A DNA stretch of 63,697 nt, filler included, from Lama guanicoe (lineage: Eukaryota), in the NCBI GenBank assembly GCA_013239625.1. It is 200 parts of 200 records of this genome, joined end to end, with 100 filler letters (N's around TTAATTAATTAA, not from the genome) between each part and the next. Parts side by side here need not be neighbours in the genome. Positions count along the whole stretch, not along the records: positions 50,081 to 50,299 come from PNXV01040045.1; positions 50,400 to 50,618 come from PNXV01040046.1; positions 50,719 to 50,937 come from PNXV01040047.1; positions 51,038 to 51,256 come from PNXV01040048.1; positions 51,357 to 51,575 come from PNXV01040049.1; positions 51,676 to 51,894 come from PNXV01040050.1; positions 51,995 to 52,213 come from PNXV01040051.1; positions 52,314 to 52,532 come from PNXV01040052.1; 192 more parts are not named here. The stretch is one strand, 5' to 3'. The notes under the pieces are model-generated. The model had not been told where the DNA came from. It did no database searches and saw nothing but the letters and a program-made list of their open reading frames with translations. A program made the position numbers and the translations under genes. This document shows positions 49,981 to 60,188 of the stretch, piece by piece. How positions within the stretch are numbered: position 1 is the stretch's first letter; each line of letters begins with the position of its first letter.

Positions 49981-52113
49981 NNNNNNNNNNNNNNNNNNNN
50001 NNNNNNNNNNNNNNNNNNNNNNNNTTAATTAATTAANNNNNNNNNNNNNNNNNNNNNNNNNNNNNNNNNNNNNNNNNNNNAAGATTTGGTATCTAGATAT
50101 GGGGGTGGTTGTGTTCATTCAATCAATAAGTGCTGAGCACATGGGGCCTGCATGTCACAAGGGTCAGAGAGTCCCTCATGTCTGTCCCTGTGAAGTGACC
50201 AACTGCTGATGGTGAGGAATGGATGAGGTGCCAGGAGTGGCCGCGGGAGCCCAGTGAGAGGGCCCTGCACTAATCCAGGCTTTGTGCCCCCACCCTGCCN
50301 NNNNNNNNNNNNNNNNNNNNNNNNNNNNNNNNNNNNNNNNNNNTTAATTAATTAANNNNNNNNNNNNNNNNNNNNNNNNNNNNNNNNNNNNNNNNNNNNT
50401 GATTGAAACATGTAAATACACGGACTTCTCTGTATTTTGAAAGGTTTAATAATTTTAGGTTAAAGGTCTTGTCTATTTTTTCACTGCAAAAATCTTACTC
50501 CAGAGTATTGGCTTAATAAGTTTGCTGGATGACTGAACCAGAAAACAAATTTCAGTATCTCAAGAATGTGTGGAAAGGCAGTGTGATAAACTAAGATAGT
50601 ACAATGATTTTCTTTTACNNNNNNNNNNNNNNNNNNNNNNNNNNNNNNNNNNNNNNNNNNNNTTAATTAATTAANNNNNNNNNNNNNNNNNNNNNNNNNN
50701 NNNNNNNNNNNNNNNNNNGTTAATTTGTACAGGCAATTAGCTGCACTCTCTCTCCTTCATGCTAACTACCTCGGACGTGCTTGTGCCCTGAGGGGCATAG
50801 GTGGGTGCTAGGTTTAAACCTAGCCCCTATGAACCTTATTCTGGGCACCTTGGTGCCCAAAAGAAGTCCCACATGGGAGGCTACATATAAGCTCTGTGAT
50901 CTTGGGAGATGTCTCAACTTCTGTGACCCTCAGTTTTNNNNNNNNNNNNNNNNNNNNNNNNNNNNNNNNNNNNNNNNNNNNTTAATTAATTAANNNNNNN
51001 NNNNNNNNNNNNNNNNNNNNNNNNNNNNNNNNNNNNNAGAATGTCTATATGCCTATCTATGAAAATTTGCAAGTCTATCTTTATTTCAATCTGTCTGTCT
51101 TTTGAACAAGGTGGGTGGCCAGAGGTGATGGTAGCTTACCTCAGATTTCCTAGGCACTGGAACGCTGAACATGAGTCAGTCCTAATTTTAGCTGTAGCAC
51201 TGTGCAGACACCTGTATGAGACAGCAATTCCGTGGGACCTGAGTGCATGCATGATGNNNNNNNNNNNNNNNNNNNNNNNNNNNNNNNNNNNNNNNNNNNN
51301 TTAATTAATTAANNNNNNNNNNNNNNNNNNNNNNNNNNNNNNNNNNNNNNNNNNNNCTGTGCCCGTTTAAGGCACAGAGCAAAAGACTCAGAGCAAAGGG
51401 TCTGGACCCTGGGCTCCCTGGAGGCCACGCCCCCTCACAGGTGCACACGCACACGCCACTGTGTGCAGACACATATGTGCGCGCACACACGTGCACACGT
51501 GAAACGCATATACAAGCCAGCAGGCGTACATGCGACATACGTGATGGGGACACATGGACACAGACGTGTGGGTGCNNNNNNNNNNNNNNNNNNNNNNNNN
51601 NNNNNNNNNNNNNNNNNNNTTAATTAATTAANNNNNNNNNNNNNNNNNNNNNNNNNNNNNNNNNNNNNNNNNNNNTTATTCTTTATAAACAAGCTCAATT
51701 TTTTTTCCTCTTCTCATAAATCAAAGCTGTTCTGTTGTTTGGAAGCATTTTCCTTCATATGATCAGTGATTTTAAAAAGCAGTTTCTATCATTTGAACTG
51801 GTGGATGTGTAGTAAACTGTCCTTTAATAATTATAGTATTTACAAATTAAGCAGAAGCTTTTGTCATTTGGGAATGGTGAAGATGACTCTGTAANNNNNN
51901 NNNNNNNNNNNNNNNNNNNNNNNNNNNNNNNNNNNNNNTTAATTAATTAANNNNNNNNNNNNNNNNNNNNNNNNNNNNNNNNNNNNNNNNNNNNTCCTTT
52001 CTTGTCTCCTACACCCATTGCACCAGCAATTTAACATACTCTAGTGTCAGTTACACAGCGTCATCTCATTGTGTGACAAATTAATTCATCCACTCAAAAA
52101 TATTTCATGAAGT

Positions 52114-52213
52114 GGGGAGGGTATAGCTCAGTGGTAGAGCGCATGCCTAGCATGCACTGGGTACTGGGCTCAGTCCTCAGTACCTCCATTAAGAAAATAA
52201 ATAAATAAATAAA
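52114..52213 (+). mobile_element. tRNA-Ala-derived SINE, camelid Vic-1 type
   Basis: ggggagggtatagctcagtggtagagcgcatgcctagcatgcac...cagtacctcca + (AAAT)n. A box TAGCTCAGTGG at 52124-52134; B box decayed. Confidence 0.9.
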
Positions 52214-53364
52214 NNNNNNNNNNNNNNNNNNNNNNNNNNNNNNNNNNNNNNNNNNNNTTAATTAATTAANNNNNNNNNNNNNNNNNNNNNNNNNNNNNNN
52301 NNNNNNNNNNNNNGGCCAGCCAATGGGAAAGCGCGGACCCAGCCGCCCTCACAGCCAGTGGAGGCCCCGCCCTGACAGCGGCCCTTCTCAATCTTTTAAA
52401 CTGGAAATTCAAACTGAAATGGAGCCAAATATCTGTAACTTCTCCAAATACTTAAGAAACAATCCATTGGAAGCCATACGGAGTGAAGTGAATGGAGACA
52501 CAAACTTTAAACCTTACACCCTTGTTTACTGANNNNNNNNNNNNNNNNNNNNNNNNNNNNNNNNNNNNNNNNNNNNTTAATTAATTAANNNNNNNNNNNN
52601 NNNNNNNNNNNNNNNNNNNNNNNNNNNNNNNNATCACAGGGTGAGAATGGGACAAGCAGGCCTGGCTGAGGCACAAATAACATGCTCGGAGACTCTACAG
52701 GAAGAAAGGCTCAAACTGATTTGAAGTCTTGAGACCTGAGCAGACTTTCGTATATTATACATTAATGGCTCAGAATCAAGAACATAGAGATTGTAGGAAG
52801 AGAATGTTTTTGGGAGAAGCAATAGAATGAGCAAAAGAATGGAGAGAAATANNNNNNNNNNNNNNNNNNNNNNNNNNNNNNNNNNNNNNNNNNNNTTAAT
52901 TAATTAANNNNNNNNNNNNNNNNNNNNNNNNNNNNNNNNNNNNNNNNNNNNGAATGCCCTCACAGACACAGCCAGAAGCCATGCTTTATCAGCTCTCTGG
53001 GCATCCCTTAGCTCAGCCACGTGGACACAGAAAATGAACCGTCACAGCTCCCCAGCAGGTGGTGACCCCACGTACGTCTGAAAGCACACGGCGAGGAAGC
53101 AGCTCTCTGTGAGAGGCCAGACATGCAGCCGTGTGGTTAGCAAGCACCTCCTTCTGTTTTCCCACAGGTTNNNNNNNNNNNNNNNNNNNNNNNNNNNNNN
53201 NNNNNNNNNNNNNNTTAATTAATTAANNNNNNNNNNNNNNNNNNNNNNNNNNNNNNNNNNNNNNNNNNNNTTTAGATTTAATTTTAACTTTGAGAGCTGT
53301 TGCTCAGTATATTTTTAGGTAAATTTAGAATTTTATGTCTTCCTGTTAAATAAAATCAATAAAT

Positions 53365-53489
53365 GGATTCACTGAAGTTGCAAGATACAAAATCAATATA
53401 TGGAAATCTGCTGCAGTACTATAGGCTAATGAAAAACTCAAATTGAGGGAAATTAAGAAAACAATCCCATTTACAATTTTATCAAAAAG
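53365..53489 (+). mobile_element. LINE-1 ORF2 RT-region fragment
   Basis: 'aagttgcaagatacaaaatcaatata...gaaattaagaaaacaatcccatttacaat'. Confidence 0.85.
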
Positions 53490-53908
53490 NNNNNNNNNNN
53501 NNNNNNNNNNNNNNNNNNNNNNNNNNNNNNNNNTTAATTAATTAANNNNNNNNNNNNNNNNNNNNNNNNNNNNNNNNNNNNNNNNNNNNGGATTAGAACT
53601 TGCACATATTTCGGGGTGCCATTATTCAACCAACCATATGCTGGATTCCCAGAAACTGCTCAGGAAAGTGATGCCTTCAGTTTATGTGGTATCTACTTCT
53701 GATGCTCCTGATCACAGATATTATGGCCTTAACTCCTGTTCATGAGCATCTGGAGAGAAAGCCACTGTCTTGATTGAAAATACAACACAAATGAGATTCA
53801 TGTCAATCNNNNNNNNNNNNNNNNNNNNNNNNNNNNNNNNNNNNNNNNNNNNTTAATTAATTAANNNNNNNNNNNNNNNNNNNNNNNNNNNNNNNNNNNN
53901 NNNNNNNN

Positions 53909-54127
53909 GAGAGACAACTCCACGCAGCTCTCTTCCTTCACAGGTGTTCCCTGTTCGTGGGAAGTCAGAGAAATAAATTCCTTGAACTTGGGCTGGCAGC
54001 CGCTGACCCTAGGAATTGCAGTGCAAGTCTCTATCATTCCCTGGCAGCCAGACATTAGGAAAACACTCAGGGGGACGGGTTTATGCAATCCGTTAGAACT
54101 CACGCGCTGCCGACCGTTGGTGGAACC
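53909..54127 (+). repeat. ~265-bp satellite, partial copy 3
   Basis: 'gagagacaactccacgcagctctctt...cacaggtgttccctgttcg...cacgcgctgccgaccgttggtggaacc'. Confidence 0.85.
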
Positions 54128-54304
54128 NNNNNNNNNNNNNNNNNNNNNNNNNNNNNNNNNNNNNNNNNNNNTTAATTAATTAANNNNNNNNNNNNNNNNN
54201 NNNNNNNNNNNNNNNNNNNNNNNNNNNGACAGCACACAAACACTGCCATCCAGACATTACTTTCCTTCCATATCATAAATGGCGCTGAGATACAGGAGCT
54301 AGCA

Positions 54305-54424
54305 TTTTTTTTGAGGGGGGAGGTAAGTAGGTTTATTTATTCCTTTATTTTTAGAGAAGGGGATTGAACCCGGGACCTTGTGCACACTAAGCACGCGCTC
54401 TACCACTTGAGCTATGTCCTCCCC
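54305..54424 (-). mobile_element. Full-length Vic-1-type tRNA-Ala SINE with target-site duplication
   Basis: Minus strand: ggggaggacatagctcaagtggtagagcgcgtgcttagtgtgcacaaggtcccgggttcaatcccc...aaataaacctacttacctcccc-polyA. TSD 54293-54308 vs 54425-54440 (13/16 identical). Confidence 0.92.
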
Positions 54425-55184
54425 CACGAACTAGCATCTTCGTTTTNNNNNNNNNNNNNNNNNNNNNNNNNNNNNNNNNNNNNNNNNNNNTTAATTAATT
54501 AANNNNNNNNNNNNNNNNNNNNNNNNNNNNNNNNNNNNNNNNNNNNGCTTGTAACGACATAAGATACCGTGTGAACTTTCTGGGCTAGAGGAAAGTCAAC
54601 AGGCATGGCGGTTCTGCTCCGACATAGATCATCTTCCCAGGGCGTCCAGACACCAGAGAAGGCTGTGAATCAGGAGGCCAGGCTTTCCCAGGAAGCATGA
54701 AGTGCAGGGGAGAGAGCGAGTTCCAAGGCACAAGGTGATGTAGCTTCTGAGGTCATCCATCCCCANNNNNNNNNNNNNNNNNNNNNNNNNNNNNNNNNNN
54801 NNNNNNNNNTTAATTAATTAANNNNNNNNNNNNNNNNNNNNNNNNNNNNNNNNNNNNNNNNNNNNGCCTGAACCCTGGACCCGGCTGGGCACAGTCTTGC
54901 TGTGTCACTTTGGCCAGAGACCTGCCTCCCTTCTGGGTGTGGCTTCAGCTTCTGTCCAGTGCGGTGGGGCTGGGCTGGGGCTGCTCTGGGTCCCGGGGCT
55001 CTGGGGCCCTCAGGGTGAGTCCCGCGCCCACACCGCCCACCCCGGCAAGCCCAGGCACCAGAGACCTTCCTCGCTGCCCAAGCTNNNNNNNNNNNNNNNN
55101 NNNNNNNNNNNNNNNNNNNNNNNNNNNNTTAATTAATTAANNNNNNNNNNNNNNNNNNNNNNNNNNNNNNNNNNNNNNNNNNNN

Positions 55185-55403
55185 CCAGACCCCCTCTTCT
55201 TCAGCTCGTTTAAGTGGGGGTTCCCAGGGCCCTCCCATTCCCACCTGGGCTCCACTGCATCCCAGCATTGCTCACACTGGGCTAACAATCTGCATCCTTG
55301 GCTGTCCTTCCTCTATAAAGTGAGTTCTTATCTTATCCTTAAGATAAGAACTACCTAGCACAGTGCTGGACAGACACTGTTGAGTGCTGAATAAATGTTT
55401 GTT
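55185..55403 (+). mobile_element. L2 3' end remnant
   Basis: 'acctagcacagtgctgg...gtgctgaataaatgtttgtt'. Confidence 0.7.
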
Positions 55404-56507
55404 NNNNNNNNNNNNNNNNNNNNNNNNNNNNNNNNNNNNNNNNNNNNTTAATTAATTAANNNNNNNNNNNNNNNNNNNNNNNNNNNNNNNNNNNNNNNNN
55501 NNNAAAAAAAAAAGAGAGGGAGGGAGAAATATAAGAAACTAACAGAGGTGAATTATTAGTAAAGTATAAATATTAAATGAAGGTAAAATTTCAAGCTGTT
55601 GAGAATATTTCATCTGAAAATGCATCTCAAAACCTTTAAAGAAAAAGAATATGTAAAGAACTTATCTACTTATTTCTCAGTGAAAAATGTGTGTGTGTGT
55701 GTTTGCTTTTTGGTTTTTTTTTNNNNNNNNNNNNNNNNNNNNNNNNNNNNNNNNNNNNNNNNNNNNTTAATTAATTAANNNNNNNNNNNNNNNNNNNNNN
55801 NNNNNNNNNNNNNNNNNNNNNNAAGTAGCTGAAGCTGGGGTTCAGACCCAGACATTAGGTCAGAGCCGTATTTTGAAGCTCACAGCCCCTGTGTTACCGT
55901 TTGCACTGACAGAGGGGCAAGGACATAGAGAAGAGTGCAGATTGTGTGTTGCCTTAAGAGTGTCTCCTAGTGATTCTCTGGGGGAAAAATGAATTATTTT
56001 CTATTTGTCTCCAACAAAGAAGTACAAACTTATGATTATAGNNNNNNNNNNNNNNNNNNNNNNNNNNNNNNNNNNNNNNNNNNNNTTAATTAATTAANNN
56101 NNNNNNNNNNNNNNNNNNNNNNNNNNNNNNNNNNNNNNNNNAGATAACGTGGAAAAGCAACGAGTCAGACGTTTCCCTGGCTTGCTACTGATGGAATTTA
56201 CGGGGTGGCCACACGGTCCACAGACTAGCCTCCGTGACTGCCTGCAACACCCCTTGTGCCTGAGCTCCGCCACCTCTCAGTGGAGGCCCTTTTAAGCCTG
56301 TCGCTCTTTGTGGGGCTGTTTCTCTCAGACGGGGTTTCACAACCCACTTTAAAACCCTCCNNNNNNNNNNNNNNNNNNNNNNNNNNNNNNNNNNNNNNNN
56401 NNNNTTAATTAATTAANNNNNNNNNNNNNNNNNNNNNNNNNNNNNNNNNNNNNNNNNNNNCAGGTGTGACCCCCACACTCTGACAGCATTTGTTTCCAGA
56501 CCCTCAC

Positions 56508-56641
56508 CTCGAGCTCATCAGTCTTGAGTCTCTTCTTCTTGGGGGCCTCAGACGCCTGACCAGGGCCCAGGCTCTGGCTTCTCTTCTTTTCCTCCTTTGC
56601 AGCCCTCGCCTTCTCCTTGCCCTTCATTGGCCCCTTCAGGC
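56508..56641 (-). CDS. Complete 134-nt internal exon encoding a Lys-rich, NLS-like peptide ([44 protein letters not shown]), gene unidentified
   Basis: Acceptor 'ccttgtctgtttccggccag|GC', donor 'GAG|gtgagg', open frame throughout. Confidence 0.65.
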
Positions 56642-58220
56642 CTGGCCGGAAACAGACAAGGAGGTGGAGATGATCTGAGNNNNNNNNNNNNNNNNNNNNN
56701 NNNNNNNNNNNNNNNNNNNNNNNTTAATTAATTAANNNNNNNNNNNNNNNNNNNNNNNNNNNNNNNNNNNNNNNNNNNNTTTCTGACAAGGTTTGTGTCT
56801 CGTCACCTCTTCTAATCAACAATCCTTTATCCTGGGGCCACAGAGGACAGTCTTCCTCATTGAACCCATGGACCTGTGTCCCGCCAGCGCCCTACGTGTG
56901 GATGGTGTCAAGGACATTTGCTGAGGGAGTGGCTGCAGATGAAGGACGTGGCCGAGGTCAGGTGGGTAGGGCTCTGGGCCCTTTGCTCAGAGCCCACANN
57001 NNNNNNNNNNNNNNNNNNNNNNNNNNNNNNNNNNNNNNNNNNTTAATTAATTAANNNNNNNNNNNNNNNNNNNNNNNNNNNNNNNNNNNNNNNNNNNNAT
57101 ATCCACAGTTTCTGTTAAAGCATCATTGAAATAATTTCCTTACCACCGATTAAACATTTCTATAGAACTCATCTAAATGTGTTCTATGAATCCCTTTAGA
57201 GTTTCTCCTTCATTAACTATTTACATGGTGACCTCAATAGAAAGGTTTCAGCCTGATGAGATGTCTCCCTCACAAGTCTTAGGCACAAATTATAGTAACA
57301 CCATCTGACTTCTCATGNNNNNNNNNNNNNNNNNNNNNNNNNNNNNNNNNNNNNNNNNNNNTTAATTAATTAANNNNNNNNNNNNNNNNNNNNNNNNNNN
57401 NNNNNNNNNNNNNNNNNCATAACAATCTACATAGAGTCCTAAGTGCTCCACACAGGCTAATATGAATAATAAATAATTTCAACAAGGGAGCAGGGCACAA
57501 GGTTTATGTGAACTAATCTCTTGCATTTCTACACATCAATCATGGGATAACATAAAATGGATGTTGAGAGCAATACTATTTAAAATGCCATCCCCCTGAA
57601 TATCTTGGAATAAATGTAACCACGTATATGAAAAATNNNNNNNNNNNNNNNNNNNNNNNNNNNNNNNNNNNNNNNNNNNNTTAATTAATTAANNNNNNNN
57701 NNNNNNNNNNNNNNNNNNNNNNNNNNNNNNNNNNNNTTGCTGTAAGTGCAGGACACGGCTTGTTTATCATAAGCATAGCTCCATAGTTCAGGGTTTGCCC
57801 TGCTCATTGCAGAGCGAAGACCCATGCCCTCAGCTGTAAACCCTGGGCATGCTTTCTGCTGTTGAGATCGTCTCTAACCCCAAGACGAGGAACTGGCTGG
57901 TCTGCTGGTCTGTTCTGCAGTCAACTTCTTATACCTGAGGACTGTACCTTGTTCCNNNNNNNNNNNNNNNNNNNNNNNNNNNNNNNNNNNNNNNNNNNNT
58001 TAATTAATTAANNNNNNNNNNNNNNNNNNNNNNNNNNNNNNNNNNNNNNNNNNNNAGGATGGGAACATTTGCTGATGTTGCTATTAAAACAGACTATAAG
58101 GTCAATTTTCGAAGATGCTTTGTCAGTGCTTCATGTGGTCTGTCTTAGACATTTTCTTCTTTCTCTTTTCATTCCTTCTTTTTCATTCATTCTTTTCATC
58201 TGTTGAGTATGTATGTGCAT

Positions 58221-58240
58221 GTGTGTGTGTGTGTGTGTGT
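58221..58240. repeat. (GT)10 microsatellite
   Basis: Read directly. Confidence 0.95.
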
Positions 58241-58374
58241 ACGTTCATGATATATTGTCTTTTCCTTTATTAAANNNNNNNNNNNNNNNNNNNNNNNNNN
58301 NNNNNNNNNNNNNNNNNNTTAATTAATTAANNNNNNNNNNNNNNNNNNNNNNNNNNNNNNNNNNNNNNNNNNNN

Positions 58375-58593
58375 TTTTCATAGCAAAGGAAAATCATCAA
58401 CAAAATGAAAATACAACCTACAAAATGGGAGAAAATATTTGCAAATGACTTGACTGACAAGGGGTTAATCTCCAAAATACACAAACAGCTCATGCAACTC
58501 AATATCAAAAAACCAAAGAACCCAGTCAAAAAATGGGCAGAAGACCCAAAGAGACATTTTTCCAAAGAATATATACAGATGGCCAACAGACAC
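58375..58593 (+). mobile_element. LINE-1 ORF2 fragment, open frame
   Basis: [47 protein letters not shown]...IQMANRH. Confidence 0.96.
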
Positions 58594-59650
58594 NNNNNNN
58601 NNNNNNNNNNNNNNNNNNNNNNNNNNNNNNNNNNNNNTTAATTAATTAANNNNNNNNNNNNNNNNNNNNNNNNNNNNNNNNNNNNNNNNNNNNAGCTACC
58701 CACCACGTTCCTGGTGTTAACAGCCCAAAGGGGCCTCCTCTCCAAGAGGGAATGCGACATCAAAGAGGTGTCAGGGATGGAAGTTACCAGGAAGTCTCAC
58801 CTGAAGATGCCCCAGACCAGACTTGTTGACCTAAAGCTGCTTCTGCACACGGCACACCCACATGGGTCCACAGCACCCGGACCTGGGGCAGAGCTGAACA
58901 CAGTTCACCTCCNNNNNNNNNNNNNNNNNNNNNNNNNNNNNNNNNNNNNNNNNNNNTTAATTAATTAANNNNNNNNNNNNNNNNNNNNNNNNNNNNNNNN
59001 NNNNNNNNNNNNTTCGATGGTAACAGCTCCCATGTACTGAGATCCCACGCTGTTCCATGTCCGTGCTATGTATTTCACACACACGTCATTTTCACAGTTA
59101 AAAGCAGTAATTTAGTCCCATGCATAAACGAGAAAAACCAAGGCTTAGAAGTTTAGGTATTAGGTTGCACCATATGCAGTTGCCATATGCCAATCAAAAT
59201 GTTGGCAGTTTCATTTGGTTTGACCTAATCCNNNNNNNNNNNNNNNNNNNNNNNNNNNNNNNNNNNNNNNNNNNNTTAATTAATTAANNNNNNNNNNNNN
59301 NNNNNNNNNNNNNNNNNNNNNNNNNNNNNNNAAAATTTGAGTATTTCCCTGAAGCAGTGACATCTGGCACTCGTATCAGAACTTTGCATAACTTTTGCCC
59401 AAAATATAACTGTTTCGTACTACATATCTGTCCACACACAGAACTACTCTGTGTGGTCTGGAGCTCCTGTGACGTGTGACAATCCACAGTATCACAGAAA
59501 TATTCATGTTTCCGTTTTGCTCATCGTTGATAACATCGTGGCACTTTGCTNNNNNNNNNNNNNNNNNNNNNNNNNNNNNNNNNNNNNNNNNNNNTTAATT
59601 AATTAANNNNNNNNNNNNNNNNNNNNNNNNNNNNNNNNNNNNNNNNNNNN

Positions 59651-59869
59651 CACACACACACACACATTCACTTTCATATTCTTTTTCATTAAAGGTTATT
59701 AAAAGATATTGAATGTATTCCCTGTGCTATACAGAAGAAATGTGGTTTTTATCTATTTTAATATATAGTGGTTAACTTTTGCAAATCTTAAACTCCCAGA
59801 TTTGTCCCTTCACACCCTCTTTTCCCCAGTAACCATAAAATTGTTTACTATGTCTGCAAATCTGTTTCT
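59651..59869 (-). mobile_element. LINE-1 3' UTR with (CA)n
   Basis: 'catattctttttcatt...ccctgtgctatacagaagaaa...aaactccca...gtaaccataa'. Confidence 0.82.
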
Positions 59870-59969
59870 NNNNNNNNNNNNNNNNNNNNNNNNNNNNNNN
59901 NNNNNNNNNNNNNTTAATTAATTAANNNNNNNNNNNNNNNNNNNNNNNNNNNNNNNNNNNNNNNNNNNN

Positions 59970-60188
59970 CAACTCCACGCAGCTCTCTTCAGTCCCAGGT
60001 GTTCCCTGTTCGGGCAAGCCCGAGAAATACCTTCCCTGACCTTGGGAGGCAACCACTGTCCCTGGGACTTCCTGCAAACCCCCCTAGCCATCCCGGGTAT
60101 AGAGACACTTGGAAAACCCTCAGGGGAGACTAGCTTTGAAATTCCCTTAGAACCCACTCGCTGCCCACCGTTGGTGGAACCTCCCCAC
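59970..60188 (+). repeat. ~265-bp satellite, partial copy 4
   Basis: 'caactccacgcagctctcttcagtcccaggtgttccctgttcggg...ccctcaggggagac...cgctgcccaccgttggtggaacct'. Confidence 0.85.

Noticed and set aside
48184..50036. Duplicated ORF MERAVLAPLGTFVSIWRYF...
   Set aside because: Chance translation of a MER20 remnant present twice.
52114..52188. tRNA-Ala gene
   Set aside because: Decayed B box and T-arm with an (AAAT)n tail; this is a SINE. The same applies to 54305-54424, which has a tail and TSD.
7337..53170. Fragments ending at acceptor-like sites (7555, 28607, 53170), suggesting exon-guided cutting
   Set aside because: Only 3 of 200 fragments, with inconsistent offsets; compatible with chance.
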